The position numbers and the translations under genes are program-made. A stretch of 64,000 nucleotides of DNA from positions 1-64,000 of the forward strand of contig JAXLNO010000338.1 in the NCBI GenBank assembly GCA_038087875.1. Reading direction: 5' to 3'. Positions 1-9,813 of the stretch are shown here, in pieces (position 1 is the stretch's first letter; the number at the start of each line of letters is the position of its first letter). The stretch comes from Malacoraja senta. Taxonomy: Eukaryota. The notes below the pieces were generated by a model. The model was not told where the DNA came from. It worked only from the letters and a program-made list of their open reading frames with translations, and ran no database searches.

Positions 1-2185
1 CACAAATCCGGCCATGTCGCCACAAATCAGGCAAGGTCAATTTTTCCTTTTTTCCGGCAAGGTAGCCAGAAATCCGCAAGTTCGCCACAAATACGGCGAA
101 GTAGCCATATTTGCGGCAGGGTCGCCTAAAATCCGGCAAGGTCGCCAGAAATACGGCGAGGTCGCCAAATTTCCGGCATGGTCGGCAGAAAACCGGCCAG
201 GTCGCCACAAATCCGGCGAGGACGCCATATTTCCGGCAAGGTCGCCATAAATCCGGCAAGGTCGCAATAAATCCGGCGAGGTCGCCATATTTCCGGCAAG
301 GTCGCCACAAATCCGGCAAGGTCGCCATAAATCCGGCAAGGTCGCCAGAAATCCAGCAAGGTCGCCATATTTCCGGCAAGGTCGCCATAAATCCGGCGAG
401 GTCGCCATATTTCCGGCAAGGTCGCCATAAATCCGGCGAGGTCGCCATATTTCCGGCAAGGTGGCCATATTTCCGGCAAGTTCGATACAAATTCTGCGAG
501 GTCGCCATATTTCCGGCAAGGTCGCCATATTTCCGGCAAAGTCGCCACAAATCCGGCAAGGTCGCCGTTAATCCGGCAAGGTCGCCATATTTCCTGCATG
601 TTCGCCACAAATCCGGCAAGGTCGCCATATTTCCGGCAAGGTCGCCGTAAATCCGGCAAAGTCGCAACAAATCCGGCGAGGACGCCATATTTCCGGCAAG
701 GTCGCCATAAATCCGGAAAGGTCGCCATAAATCCGACGAGGTCGCCATATGCCATCAAGGTCGCCAAAAATCCGGAGAGGTCGCCATATTTCCGGCAAGG
801 TCGCCATAAATCCGGCAAGGTCGCCATAAATCCGGCGAGGTCGCTATATTTCCGGCAAAGTCGCCACAAATCCGGCAAGGTCGCTATAAATCCGGCAAGG
901 TCATCATAAATCCCGCAAGTTCGCCACAAATCAGGCAAGATCGCAATATTTCCTGCAAGGTCGCCGTAAATCCGGCAAGGTCGCAACAAATCCGGCGAGG
1001 ACGCCATATTTCCTGCAAGGTCGCCATAAATCCGGCAAGGTCGCCAAAATCCCGGAGAGGTCGCCATATTACAGGCAAGGTCGCCATAAATTCGGCAAGG
1101 TCGCCATGAATCCGGCGAGGTCGCCATATGTCCATCAAGGTCGCTATAAATCCGGCAAGGTCGCCAAAATCCGGAGAGGTCGCCATATTTCCGGCAAGGT
1201 CGCCATCAATCCGGCAAGGTCGCCATAAATCCGGCGAGGTCGCCATATGTCCGTCAAGGTCGCCACAAATCCGGCAAGGTCGCCACAAATCCGGCAAGGT
1301 CGCCATATATCCGGCAAGGTCGCCACAAATCCGGCCATGTCGCCACAAATCCGGGAAGGTCACCATTTTTCCGGCAAGGTAGCCAGAAATCCGCAAGGTC
1401 GCCACAAATCCGGCGAAGTAGCCATATTTGCGGCAGGGTCGCCTAAAATCCGGCAAGGTCGCCAGAAATACGGCGAGGTCGCCAAATTTCCGGCATGGTC
1501 GGCATAAAACCGGCCAGGTCGCCACAAATCCGGCGAGGACGCCATATTTCCGGCAAGGTCGCCATAAATCCGGCAAGGTCGCCATAAATGCGGTGAGTTC
1601 GCCTTATTACCGGCAAGGTCGCCACAAATCTGGCAAGGTCGCCATAAATCCGGCGAGGTCGCCATATTTCCGGCAAGGTCGCCACAAATCCGGAAAGGTC
1701 GCCAGAAATCCGGCAAGGTCGCGATATTTCCATCAAGGTCGCCACATATCCGGCAAGGTCGCCACAAATCCGGCAAGGTCGCCATATTTACGGCAAGGTC
1801 GCCATAAATCCGGCAAGGTCGCCACAAATCCGGCAATGTCGCCATATTTACGGCAAGGTCGCCATATTTACGGCAAGGTCGCCATAAATCCGGCAAGGTC
1901 GCCATAAATCCGGCAAGGTCGCATAAATCCGGCGAGGTCGCCATATTTCCGGCAAGGTCGCCACAAATCCGGCAAGGTCGCCATAAATCCGGCAAGGTCG
2001 CCAGAAATCCAGCAAGGTCGCCATATTTCCGGCAAGGTCGCCATAAATCCGGCGAGGTCGCCATATTTCCGGCAAGGTCGCCATAAATCCGGCGAGGTCG
2101 CCATATTTCCGGCAAGGTCGCCATATTTCCGGCAAGTTCGATACAAATTCTGCGAGGTCTGCCATATTTCCGGCAAGGTCGCCAT

Positions 2186-2326
2186 TGTAAAGACTGTCCA
2201 AACACATGGTGTCTTCACTCTAGTTTATTGCATACATTGTATTCATATACACACATATTGCCCTAGCTGTTCGTGGTCCGTTACCGGAGCTAGAGAGCGA
2301 GCTAGGGGTGGGAAGGTTACATTTAT
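2186..2326 (-). mobile_element. Truncated LTR fragment (outer 141 bp of the 3' LTR)
   Basis: Matches 5076-5216 (TGTAAAGACTGTCC...GGTTACATTTAT), is preceded by the same GCCAT and returns directly to satellite. Confidence 0.97.
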
Positions 2327-3630
2327 CGCCAAAATCCCGGAGAGGTCGCCATATTACAGGCAAGGTCGCCATAAATTCGGCAAGGTCGCCATAAATCCGG
2401 CGAGGTCGCCATATGTCCATCAAGGTCGCTATAAATCCGGCAAGGTCGCCAAAAATCCGGAGAGGTCGCCATATTTCCGGCAAGGTCGCCATCAATCCGG
2501 CAAGGTCGCCATAAATCCGGCGAGGTCGCCATATGTCCGTCAAGGTCGCCACAAATCCGGCAAGGTCGCCACAAATCCGGCAAGGTCGCCATATATCCTG
2601 CAGGTCGCCACAAATCCGGCCATGTCGCCACAAATCCGGCAAGGTCACCATTTTTCCGGCAAGGTAGCCAGAAATCCGCAAGGTCGCCACAAATCCGGCG
2701 AAGTAGCCATATTTGCGGCAGGGTCGCCTAAAATCCGGCAAGGTCGCCAGAAATACGGCGAGGTCGCCAAATTTCCGGCATGGTCGGCATAAAACCGGCC
2801 AGGTCGCCACAAATCCGGCGAGGACGCCATATTTCCGGCAAGGTCGCCATAAATCCGGCAAGGTCGCCATAAATGCGGTGAGTTCGCCTTATTACCGGCA
2901 AGGTCGCCACAAATCTGGCAAGGTCGCCATAAATCCGGCGAGGTCGCCATATTTCCGGCAAGGTCGCCACAAATCCGGAAAGGTCGCCATAAATCCGGCA
3001 AGGTCGCCATAAATCCGGCAAGGTCATCAGAAATCCGGCAACGTCGCCATATTTCCGGCAAGATCGCCATATATCCGGCAAGGTCGCCACAAATCCGGCA
3101 AGGTCGCCATATTTCCGACAAAGTCGCCATAAATCCGGCAAGGTCGCCAGAAATCCGGCAAGGTCGCGATATTTCCATCAAGGTCGCCACATATCCGGCA
3201 AGGTCGCCACAAATCCGGCAAGGTCGCCATATTTACGGTAAGGTCGCCATAAATCCGGCAAGGTCGCCACAAATCCGGCAATGTCGCCATATTTACGGCA
3301 AGGTCGCCATATTTACGGCAAGGTCGCCATAAATCCGGCAAGGTCGCCATAAATCCGGCAAGGTCGCAATAAATCCGGCGAGGTCGCCATATTTCCGGCA
3401 AGGTCGCCACAAATCCGGCAAGGTTGCCATAAATCCGGCAAGGTCGCCAGAAATCCAGCAAGGTCGCCATATTTCCGGCAAGGTCGCCATAAATCCGGCG
3501 AGGTCGCCATATTTCCGGCAAGGTCGCCATAAATCCGGCGAGGTCGCCATATTTCCGGCAAGGTCGCCATATTTCCGGCAAGTTCGATACAAATTCTGCG
3601 AGGTCGCCATATTTCCGGCAAGGTCGCCAT

Positions 3631-3771
3631 TGTAAAGACTGTCCAAACACATGGTGTCTTCACTCTAGTTTATTGCATACATTGTATTCATATACACACA
3701 TATTGCCCTAGCTGTTCGTGGTCCGTTACCGGAGCTAGAGAGCGAGCTAGGGGTGGGAAGGTTACATTTAT
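3631..3771 (-). mobile_element. Truncated LTR fragment (outer 141 bp of the 3' LTR), second copy
   Basis: Same sequence and same two junctions as 2186-2326. Confidence 0.97.
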
Positions 3772-5070
3772 CGCCAAAATCCCGGAGAGGTCGCCATATT
3801 ACAGGCAAGGTCGCCATAAATTCGGCAAGGTCGCCATAAATCCGGCGAGGTCGCCATATGTCCATCAAGGTCGCTATAAATCCGGCAAGGTCGCCAAAAT
3901 CCGGAGAGGTCGCCATATTTCCGGCAAGGTCGCCATCAATCCGGCAAGGTCGCCATAAATCCGGCGAGGTCGCCATATGTCCGTCAAGGTCGCCACAAAT
4001 CCGGCAAGGTCGCCACAAATCCGGCAAGGTCGCCATATATCCTGCAAGGTCGCCACAAATCCGGCCATGTCGCCACAAATCCGGCAAGGTCACCATTTTT
4101 CCGGCAAGGTAGCCAGAAATCCGCAAGGTCGCCACAAATCCGGCGAAGTAGCCATATTTGCGGCAGGGTCGCCTAAAATCCGGCAAGGTCGCCAGAAATA
4201 CGGCGAGGTCGCCAAATTTCCGGCATGGTCGGCATAAAACCGGCCAGGTCGCCACAAATCCGGCGAGGACGCCATATTTCCGGCAAGGTCGCCATAAATC
4301 CGGCAAGGTCGCCATAAATGCGGTGAGTTCGCCTTATTACCGGCAAGGTCGCCACAAATCTGGCAAGGTCGCCATAAATCCGGCGAGGTCGCCATATTTC
4401 CGGCAAGGTCGCCACAAATCCGGAAAGGTCGCCATAAATCCGGCAAGGTCGCCATAAATCCGGCAAGGTCATCAGAAATCCGGCAACGTCGCCATATTTC
4501 CGGCAAGATCGCCATATATCCGGCAAGGTCGCCACAAATCCGGCAAGGTCGCCATATGTCCGACAAAGTCGCCATAAAATCCGGCAAGGTCGCCAGAAAT
4601 CCGGCAAGGTCGCGATATTTCCATCAAGGTCGCCACATATCCGGCAAGGTCGCCACAAATCCGGCAAGGTCGCCATATTACGGCAAGGTCGCCATAAATC
4701 CGGCAAGGTCGCCACAAATCCGGCAATGTCGCCATATTTACGGCAAGGTCGCCATATTTACGGCAAGGTCGCCATAAATCCGGCAAGGTCGCCATAAATC
4801 CGGCAAGGTCGCAATAAATCCGGCGAGGTCGCCATATTTCCGGCAAGGTCGCCACAAATCCGGCAAGGTTGCCATAAATCCGGCAAGGTCGCCAGAAATC
4901 CAGCAAGGTCGCCATATTTCCGGCAAGGTCGCCATAAATCCGGCGAGGTCGCCATATTTCCGGCAAGGTCGCCATAAATCCGGCGAGGTCGCCATATTTC
5001 CGGCAAGGTCGCCATATTTCCGGCAAGTTCGATACAAATTCTGCGAGGTCGCCATATTTCCGGCAAGGTC

Positions 5071-5075
5071 GCCAT
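5071..5075. repeat. Target-site duplication GCCAT (left)
   Basis: GCCAT immediately precedes the TG of the left LTR and recurs at 9809-9813 immediately after the CA of the right LTR. Confidence 0.93.
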
Positions 5076-5285
5076 TGTAAAGACTGTCCAAACACATGGT
5101 GTCTTCACTCTAGTTTATTGCATACATTGTATTCATATACACACATATTGCCCTAGCTGTTCGTGGTCCGTTACCGGAGCTAGAGAGCGAGCTAGGGGTG
5201 GGAAGGTTACATTTATACTGAAGCTAATGGGGAGTGGTTAGTAGAAGTGAGGTCACCATGTTAAAGGAACATGCACGGCTCTACA
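5076..5285 (-). repeat. 3' LTR (210 bp)
   Basis: Minus strand reads TGTAGAGCC...GTCTTTACA with short terminal inverted repeats TGTA(G/A)AG. No difference from 9599-9808 found by eye. Confidence 0.98.
5114..5119 (-). terminator. Polyadenylation signal AATAAA in the 3' LTR
   Basis: Plus-strand TTTATT is AATAAA on the element strand. A CA ends 17 nt downstream and a GU-rich tract (TGTGTTTGG) follows. Confidence 0.7.
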
Positions 5286-5296
5286 TCCTTCCCCTT
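5286..5296 (-). promoter_or_regulatory. Polypurine tract (plus-strand primer)
   Basis: Minus strand AAGGGGAAGGA directly abuts the TG of the 3' LTR. Confidence 0.9.
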
Positions 5297-5388
5297 GAAA
5301 AGGGAAACATAGCAATGATGACAGTGAGACCACGACTCATACGCTAGGCACAAACCCGCGCGTACATCGTCAGGAAAATTTAAAACAT

Positions 5389-6640
5389 TCAAGCAAACTC
5401 CCCGTAACGTTCAGGCGGCTTGACCAGACGCCCGGAGAGGGTATGCAGCCCGCCTCTCCCCCCTCCGAAGGTAGAGTGGGCACCGGGGCAGGAGCGGCGA
5501 TAGGGGAACCGAAAGGGGAGTGAGCAGGAGGGGGAGAACGAGGAGACCGGGGAGGAGACAAGGGCACCGCAACGGGCACGCGAGCGGGAGATGGCTGATG
5601 GGGGGGGGGGCAGGAGGAGTAGCGGGAGAACGGGGCGCCAAGGGTCGCGAGGGCAGAGGAGCGGGAGGCAACGAGGCGGCAACCGGGGGAGCAAAAGGGG
5701 CTGCGGGAGGCGGAGCGGGCTCGTTGACCTGCAGCAAATGCTGGCGGGACCGGCGGTAGATTGTGCCCTCTTAGTCAACCAGGTAAGAGCGCGGAGAGTC
5801 GGCAAAGCCGATGACAACAGCCAAGCGGTGGTGTCCGGAGGGGGACTGCATCCGGACGACCTGGCCCTCGAAGAGGGGCTGAAGGGGACGGCATGACTTG
5901 TCGTGGGAGCGCTTCTGGACGACCTGTTTCTGGGTAATACGCTTCTGGACAGCAGCAGGGCTGCGGACTGCGGCTGTAGCGACCGCTGGGAGACAGGGAT
6001 TGGAGGGCGAGTGGTGCGGGACATGAGCCGTTGAGCCGGTGAGCCCATGGCAGGGTCGCGACTAATATTTCGGAGATTCAGTAGAGCGAGATAAAAATCC
6101 GAATGCGACAGTCTGCAATGTTCCAGCAGCTCCTTGGCACTGCGGACGGCACGCTCAGCAAGGCCGTTGCTCTGCGGGTACTCCGGGCTGCTGGTGATGT
6201 GGCGAAAGTTGTAGGCGGCGGCGAATGCGCGGAACTCAGCACTCGTGAACTGGCCCCCGTTGTCAGACTGCACAGTCACAGGAATGCCAAAGGTTGCAAA
6301 GAGGGGTTGCAACGTTCCGATGACCGCAGCAGAAGTGATGGAGTGCAGACGCTTAATCTCGTACCAGCTGGAGTAAGAGTCGACCAGGATCAGGAAATGT
6401 TTGCCACGCCACTCAAATATGTCCGTAGCGACCGCCATCCACGCCAGGGCGGGGGCAGGCTGTTGCAGGAGTGGCTAGCGTTGCTGGTGGGGAGAGAGGG
6501 TATTGCAGGTGGAGCAGGCAGAGACCCTCTCCCGGATATCCTGTGCCATGCTGGGCCAATAAAATTGGCTCTGGGCCTGGGACAGCGTGGCATCGGCACC
6601 GGGATGGCCGTTGTGGCACTTTGGAAATAGTGGTCCCGTA
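5389..6640 (-). pseudogene. pol: integrase (HHCC + DDE) with proline-rich tail, disrupted
   Basis: HNGHPG...FYWP...CSTC zinc-binding region; VATDIFEW, QSDNGGQF and SNGLAERAV catalytic motifs; RSYLV..YRRSRQHL; ends SGRLVKPPERYGEFA-stop at 5389. In-frame stops at 6475-6477 and 5771-5773, plus frameshifts. Domain boundary approximate. Confidence 0.92.
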
Positions 6641-6929
6641 GAGCGGCAGGCACCACAACCTTGTGGCCCTTCACCACCACGCCGCCCTGCAGCACAAGTT
6701 CGTCCCGGACTAGGAAGTAGGGCGCAGCACCAGCCGGCAAGGGTGAGCGACGGTCAGGCCAGCCGCGACGGATGACGTCTATAAGCTGTTGCAGGGCAGG
6801 ATCCTTGGCAGTGTGGTGAATCAGGGACTGCATCTGCTGGGAAGGCATGAAGTTGACGTTTAGCACCATCAGGTCGGATGACTCGTACGGGTGGCGGGCT
6901 GTAGAAGCCAGCGGTGCGCGGGACAGCGT

Positions 6930-7290
6930 GTCAGCCATAAACATGTCCTTGCCCTTGCGGTACACGATTTGAAACGTGAAGCGTTGGAGCTGCAGCATCA
7001 TACGCTGCAAACGGGAAGAGGCAACGTGGATCGGTTTCTTTAAGATCGTGACCAGCGGCTGGTGGTCGGTTTCGATAGTGAAGGTGTTACCTATAATGTA
7101 GTCCCTGAACATCGAGCAGGCAAACACCACGGCAAGGAGCTCTTTTCTCGATCTGAGCGTAGCGTTGCTCGGTTGGAGTCATGGTGCGGGAGGCGTAGGA
7201 GACAGGTAGCTGCAGGCGGTCGTGGATCTGCAGGCAGGCGGCACCGAGACCGAAACTTGATGCATCGCAGGTAATGACGATAGGGCGCTT
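6930..7290 (-). pseudogene. pol: RNase H domain, frameshifted near 7143
   Basis: ITCDASSFGLGA, PVSYASRTMTPTEQRYAQIEK/ELLAVVFAC, ETDHQPL and ADTLSR are typical Ty3/Gypsy RNase H motifs. Boundaries approximate. Confidence 0.92.
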
Positions 7291-7379
7291 TAAGTCGAAG
7301 AACTTCAGAGTGGGGGCGCAAACCAGCCGGGATTTCAAGTCATCGAAGGCTGCCTGATGCAGCGGGTACCAAACCCAGG

Positions 7380-8065
7380 CAGTGTCCATCTTGGTCAGTT
7401 CCCTCAGGGGCGCACTCAGCTCGCTGAGGTCGGGAATAAATTTCCCCAGATAGTTCATCATGCCCAAGAAGCGTTGCAGGCTTGGCACGTTGACCGGAGC
7501 TGGCATCTCTGAGACCGCAGCTGTCTTCTGTGGGTCTGGTTTCAGACCCTCAGCCGTAAAAACGTGGCCCACGTAGGTGACCTCCGGGACGCGGAAACGG
7601 CACTTCTTGGGGTTCAGTTTGAGGTTGATTTCCCGAGCCCCGATCCAGGACCAGACGGAGGTGGAGGTCGTGCTCAGCGACGTCTCTCCCGTACACCAAG
7701 ATGTCATCAACGATGATAGCACACGGCAGACCTGCAAATAGCTGCTCCATGGTGCGCTGGAAAACCTCGCTGGCAGAATTGATCCCGAAAGGCATGCGGA
7801 GGAAACGGAACCTGCCGAAAGGTGTACCAAACGTGGTCAGGAAGGAGGAACGTTCATCCAGCGGAATCTGCCAGAAAGAGCTCTTGGCATCGAGGACAGA
7901 GAATACGGTGGCTGGGCCAACCTTTGCAGCGACATCCTCCACCGTTCGCATGGGGTAGTGCGGGCGCTTGATGGCAAGGTTTAGGTCCTTGGGTTGATAC
8001 AGATCCGAATCTCACTCTTGTCCTTCTTAGCAGCAACGACCATGGTGGAGACCCACCGGGTGGCA
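7380..8065 (-). pseudogene. pol: reverse transcriptase domain, frameshifted near 7990 and 7640
   Basis: WVSTMVVAAKK..IRICINP, VFSVLDAKSSFWQI, TTFGTPFGRFRFLRMPFG, IVDDILVYG, LNPKKC..VTYVGH and LQRFLGMMNYLGKFIP. Boundaries approximate. Confidence 0.95.
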
Positions 8066-8299
8066 TCGCTCACCTCCTTGATGATGCCCATGGCCACCAT
8101 CTGGCGCAGAGTGGACTCCACCTTGTCCTTCATAGCAAAGGAGACGCGGTGAGGAGGGCGGACTACCGGATGGACCTCCGGGTCCACCTCGATTTCGTAC
8201 TTGCAGGGTAGTTTGCCCAATACTTCGTCAAAACTGTCGGGGTACTCGCACATGGGATCCATGGGGTCTGCACCGGGTGGATGTCGTGGTGGAAGGACA

Positions 8300-8601
8300 C
8301 CAAACCGAGGTCCTGGCACGCACGGGCGCCCAAACAGAGTAACATTCTCAGATTCCAGCAGGAGGAAAGAGAGGGGCCGAGAGGCCTTCAGAACTGAGCA
8401 GATAAGGGTGGCCTTGCCGACTGGGAATAGCATGCTCCCTCCATATGCACGGAGGCGGGAGTGATCAGCGGTAATGTTCTCACCAGCTCTTATCTGTTGA
8501 AAAAGACTTAACGACATAATATTCGTAAACGCACCCGTATCTACCTTAGCAGAGAAGGTCATCCCATTCACAGTAACTCGAACTGATGGATCAGCTATCA
8601 A
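8300..8601 (-). pseudogene. pol: aspartic protease
   Basis: AKVDTGAFTNIM with catalytic DTG at 8533-8541. The C-terminal LGARACQDLGLV motif is in a shifted frame. Confidence 0.9.
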
Positions 8602-8659
8602 AGCACGTGCACCCAGGACTGAAAAACAAGCGATTCATCATGGGAGGAGCTGTTATCAG

Positions 8660-9507
8660 AATCAGGGGAGTTCGACTGGAAGGTATTCGGAGTCATAAAC
8701 ACTGTCAGTAGCAGTCAGGTTGTGTAGACTCTTTCTCGGAGCAGGGACAGGCTGGCCCCTGGAACGGCACGCTGCGGAGAAGTGATTAAGCTTCTTACAC
8801 AAATTACAAGTCTTACCCAGAGCAGGGCAAGCATCAAATTGATGATTGACAAAGTTGCAGTTTGGGCATCGGCGAGGGTTGACCCTTGCAGGCGCAGGGG
8901 TGCTACGCTGGCGTGGCGGGCCATCGCGCCGCGGGCCTCCAGCAGCACCGGCATAGTTAATGTCCTCAGCTTCAGGGGAGATACGGCGTCGACAGCAGCA
9001 GCCATGCGAGAGGCATGCAAAGCGTCGTTTAAAGTGAGGTCCGGCTTTCTCAGAAGCTCAGCCCGTAGCTTCACGTCCTGTAGACCGTGAACTAGGACAT
9101 CTCTGATCAGCTGATCGGGGGTCAACGTCTCCAGGTGGCAACGCCGGGCCAGGTGACGCAGCGATGCCACGAAGGTATCGATGTGCTCCCCGGGTTACTG
9201 GCGCCTGCTGAAAAACTTGAACCGCTCTAGAATGGAGTTGGTGGGAATGTCCACACAGCGTGGCAAATTTATTGATGAGACATACGGGGTCCTCTGCATT
9301 CTCACCATCGGCGTACTCAAAAGATTCAGAACGTTCCATGGCCACCGGGCCAGCCAGGTTGAGGAGCAGATGTGCTGTAATCGCAGGGGTAATATTAGGA
9401 TGAGCGATGGCGACATAGTGCTGGAAGTCGCGCCGGAAAATAGTCCACCGGTGGACGATGTCCGAGTCAAACACCAGAACGTCAGGCTTTCGACACGAGG
9501 TGGCCAT
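8660..9507 (-). pseudogene. gag, disrupted (frameshifts near 9252 and 8977, TAA at 9195-9197)
   Basis: ATG at 9507 (ACTATGG context); MATSCRKPD...W..FRRDF..Y; ERFKFFSRRQ*PGEHIDTFVASLRHLARRC; DQLIRDVLVHG; LLRKPDLTL; then two zinc knuckles. Whether gag and pol were one ORF cannot be settled because of indels near 8610-8670. Confidence 0.88.
8767..8868 (-). other. Tandem CCHC zinc knuckles of Gag nucleocapsid (frame missing from the ORF track)
   Basis: Manual translation gives CPNCNFVNHQFDAC-PALGKT-CNLCKKLNHFSAAC, i.e. two C-X2-C-X4-H-X4-C motifs. Confidence 0.93.
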
Positions 9508-9585
9508 AGTACATAAATAGTTGGAAAGGAAAATAAACACTTGGAGAAAAGAAAACAAACCCGATTAACAGGAGACGCAGGGTTA

Positions 9586-9598
9586 ACTTCTGACACCA
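9586..9598 (-). promoter_or_regulatory. Primer-binding site, tRNA-Leu type
   Basis: TGGTGTCAGAAGT directly follows the 5' LTR. It is complementary to ...ACTTCTGACACCA, the 3' end of animal tRNA-Leu (CAA/CAG) isoacceptors (recalled, not searched). Confidence 0.85.
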
Positions 9599-9808
9599 TG
9601 TAAAGACTGTCCAAACACATGGTGTCTTCACTCTAGTTTATTGCATACATTGTATTCATATACACACATATTGCCCTAGCTGTTCGTGGTCCGTTACCGG
9701 AGCTAGAGAGCGAGCTAGGGGTGGGAAGGTTACATTTATACTGAAGCTAATGGGGAGTGGTTAGTAGAAGTGAGGTCACCATGTTAAAGGAACATGCACG
9801 GCTCTACA
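9599..9808 (-). repeat. 5' LTR (210 bp)
   Basis: Direct repeat of 5076-5285, adjacent to the PBS and upstream of gag. Confidence 0.98.
9734..9740 (-). promoter_or_regulatory. Putative TATA box (TATAAAT) of the LTR promoter
   Basis: Plus-strand ATTTATA lies about 95 nt upstream of AATAAA on the element strand, consistent with U3-R-U5 order. The 3' LTR copy is at 5211-5217. Confidence 0.6.
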
Positions 9809-9813
9809 GCCAT
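9809..9813. repeat. Target-site duplication GCCAT (right)
   Basis: Duplicates 5071-5075. Satellite phase resumes correctly after it. Confidence 0.93.

Larger units (their letters stand above)
1..5075. repeat. 20-bp GC-rich tandem satellite, left arm (interrupted by two 141-bp LTR fragments)
   Basis: Continuous head-to-tail copies of CCGGC(A/G)AGGTCGCCA + TAAAT/CAAAT/TATTT/TATAT. The register is kept apart from small indels. Non-satellite inserts occur only at 2186-2326 and 3631-3771. Confidence 0.99.
1041..5216. repeat. Three tandem copies of a composite satellite + LTR-end unit (~1286, 1445, 1445 bp)
   Basis: Each unit starts TCGCCAAAATCCCGGAGAGG (1041, 2326, 3771), has the same order of variant monomers and ends in the same 141 bp of LTR (starting 2186, 3631, 5076; spacing exactly 1445). 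The first unit lacks 160 bp (8 monomers; 2986-3145 in unit 2). Confidence 0.95.
5076..9808 (-). mobile_element. Full-length Ty3/Gypsy LTR retrotransposon, Mag-like (4,733 bp)
   Basis: Paired TG...CA LTRs, TSD, PBS and PPT are present. The domain order gag-PR-RT-RNase H-INT is Ty3/Gypsy. Mag-like assignment is inferred from the tandem CCHC gag, tRNA-Leu PBS, short LTRs, 5-bp TSD and SGRxxKPPxRY C-terminus. No phylogeny was run. Confidence 0.96.

Noticed and set aside
38..54. Extra T-rich bases (TCAATTTTTCCTTTTTTCC) near the window start
   Set aside because: Compared with the paralogous TCACCATTTTTCC at ~1360, this is a small slippage duplication or read error, not a separate element.
2186..3771. 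Solo LTRs or independent insertions
   Set aside because: Both fragments lack the other 69 bp of the LTR and a right-hand TSD, and they share both junctions and flanks, so they are products of segmental duplication.
5249..5262. GAGGTCACCATGTT in the LTR resembling a satellite monomer, suggesting an LTR origin for the satellite
   Set aside because: It is a single 12/14 match with no periodicity, compatible with chance, and the array predates this insertion.
5289..5306. Imperfect hairpin overlapping the PPT (TTCCCCTT-GAA-AAGGGAA)
   Set aside because: It is short, bulged and low in complexity, and cannot be supported without conservation data.
5300..5388. env-like gene or extra ORF between pol and the 3' LTR
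   Set aside because: Only about 90 bp separate the pol stop from the PPT, too little for an extra gene.
5520..9516. Plus-strand ORFs inside the element (e.g. 6103-6630, 8782-9090, 9181-9516)
   Set aside because: They are antisense shadows of GC-rich gag-pol sequence with no recognisable motifs.
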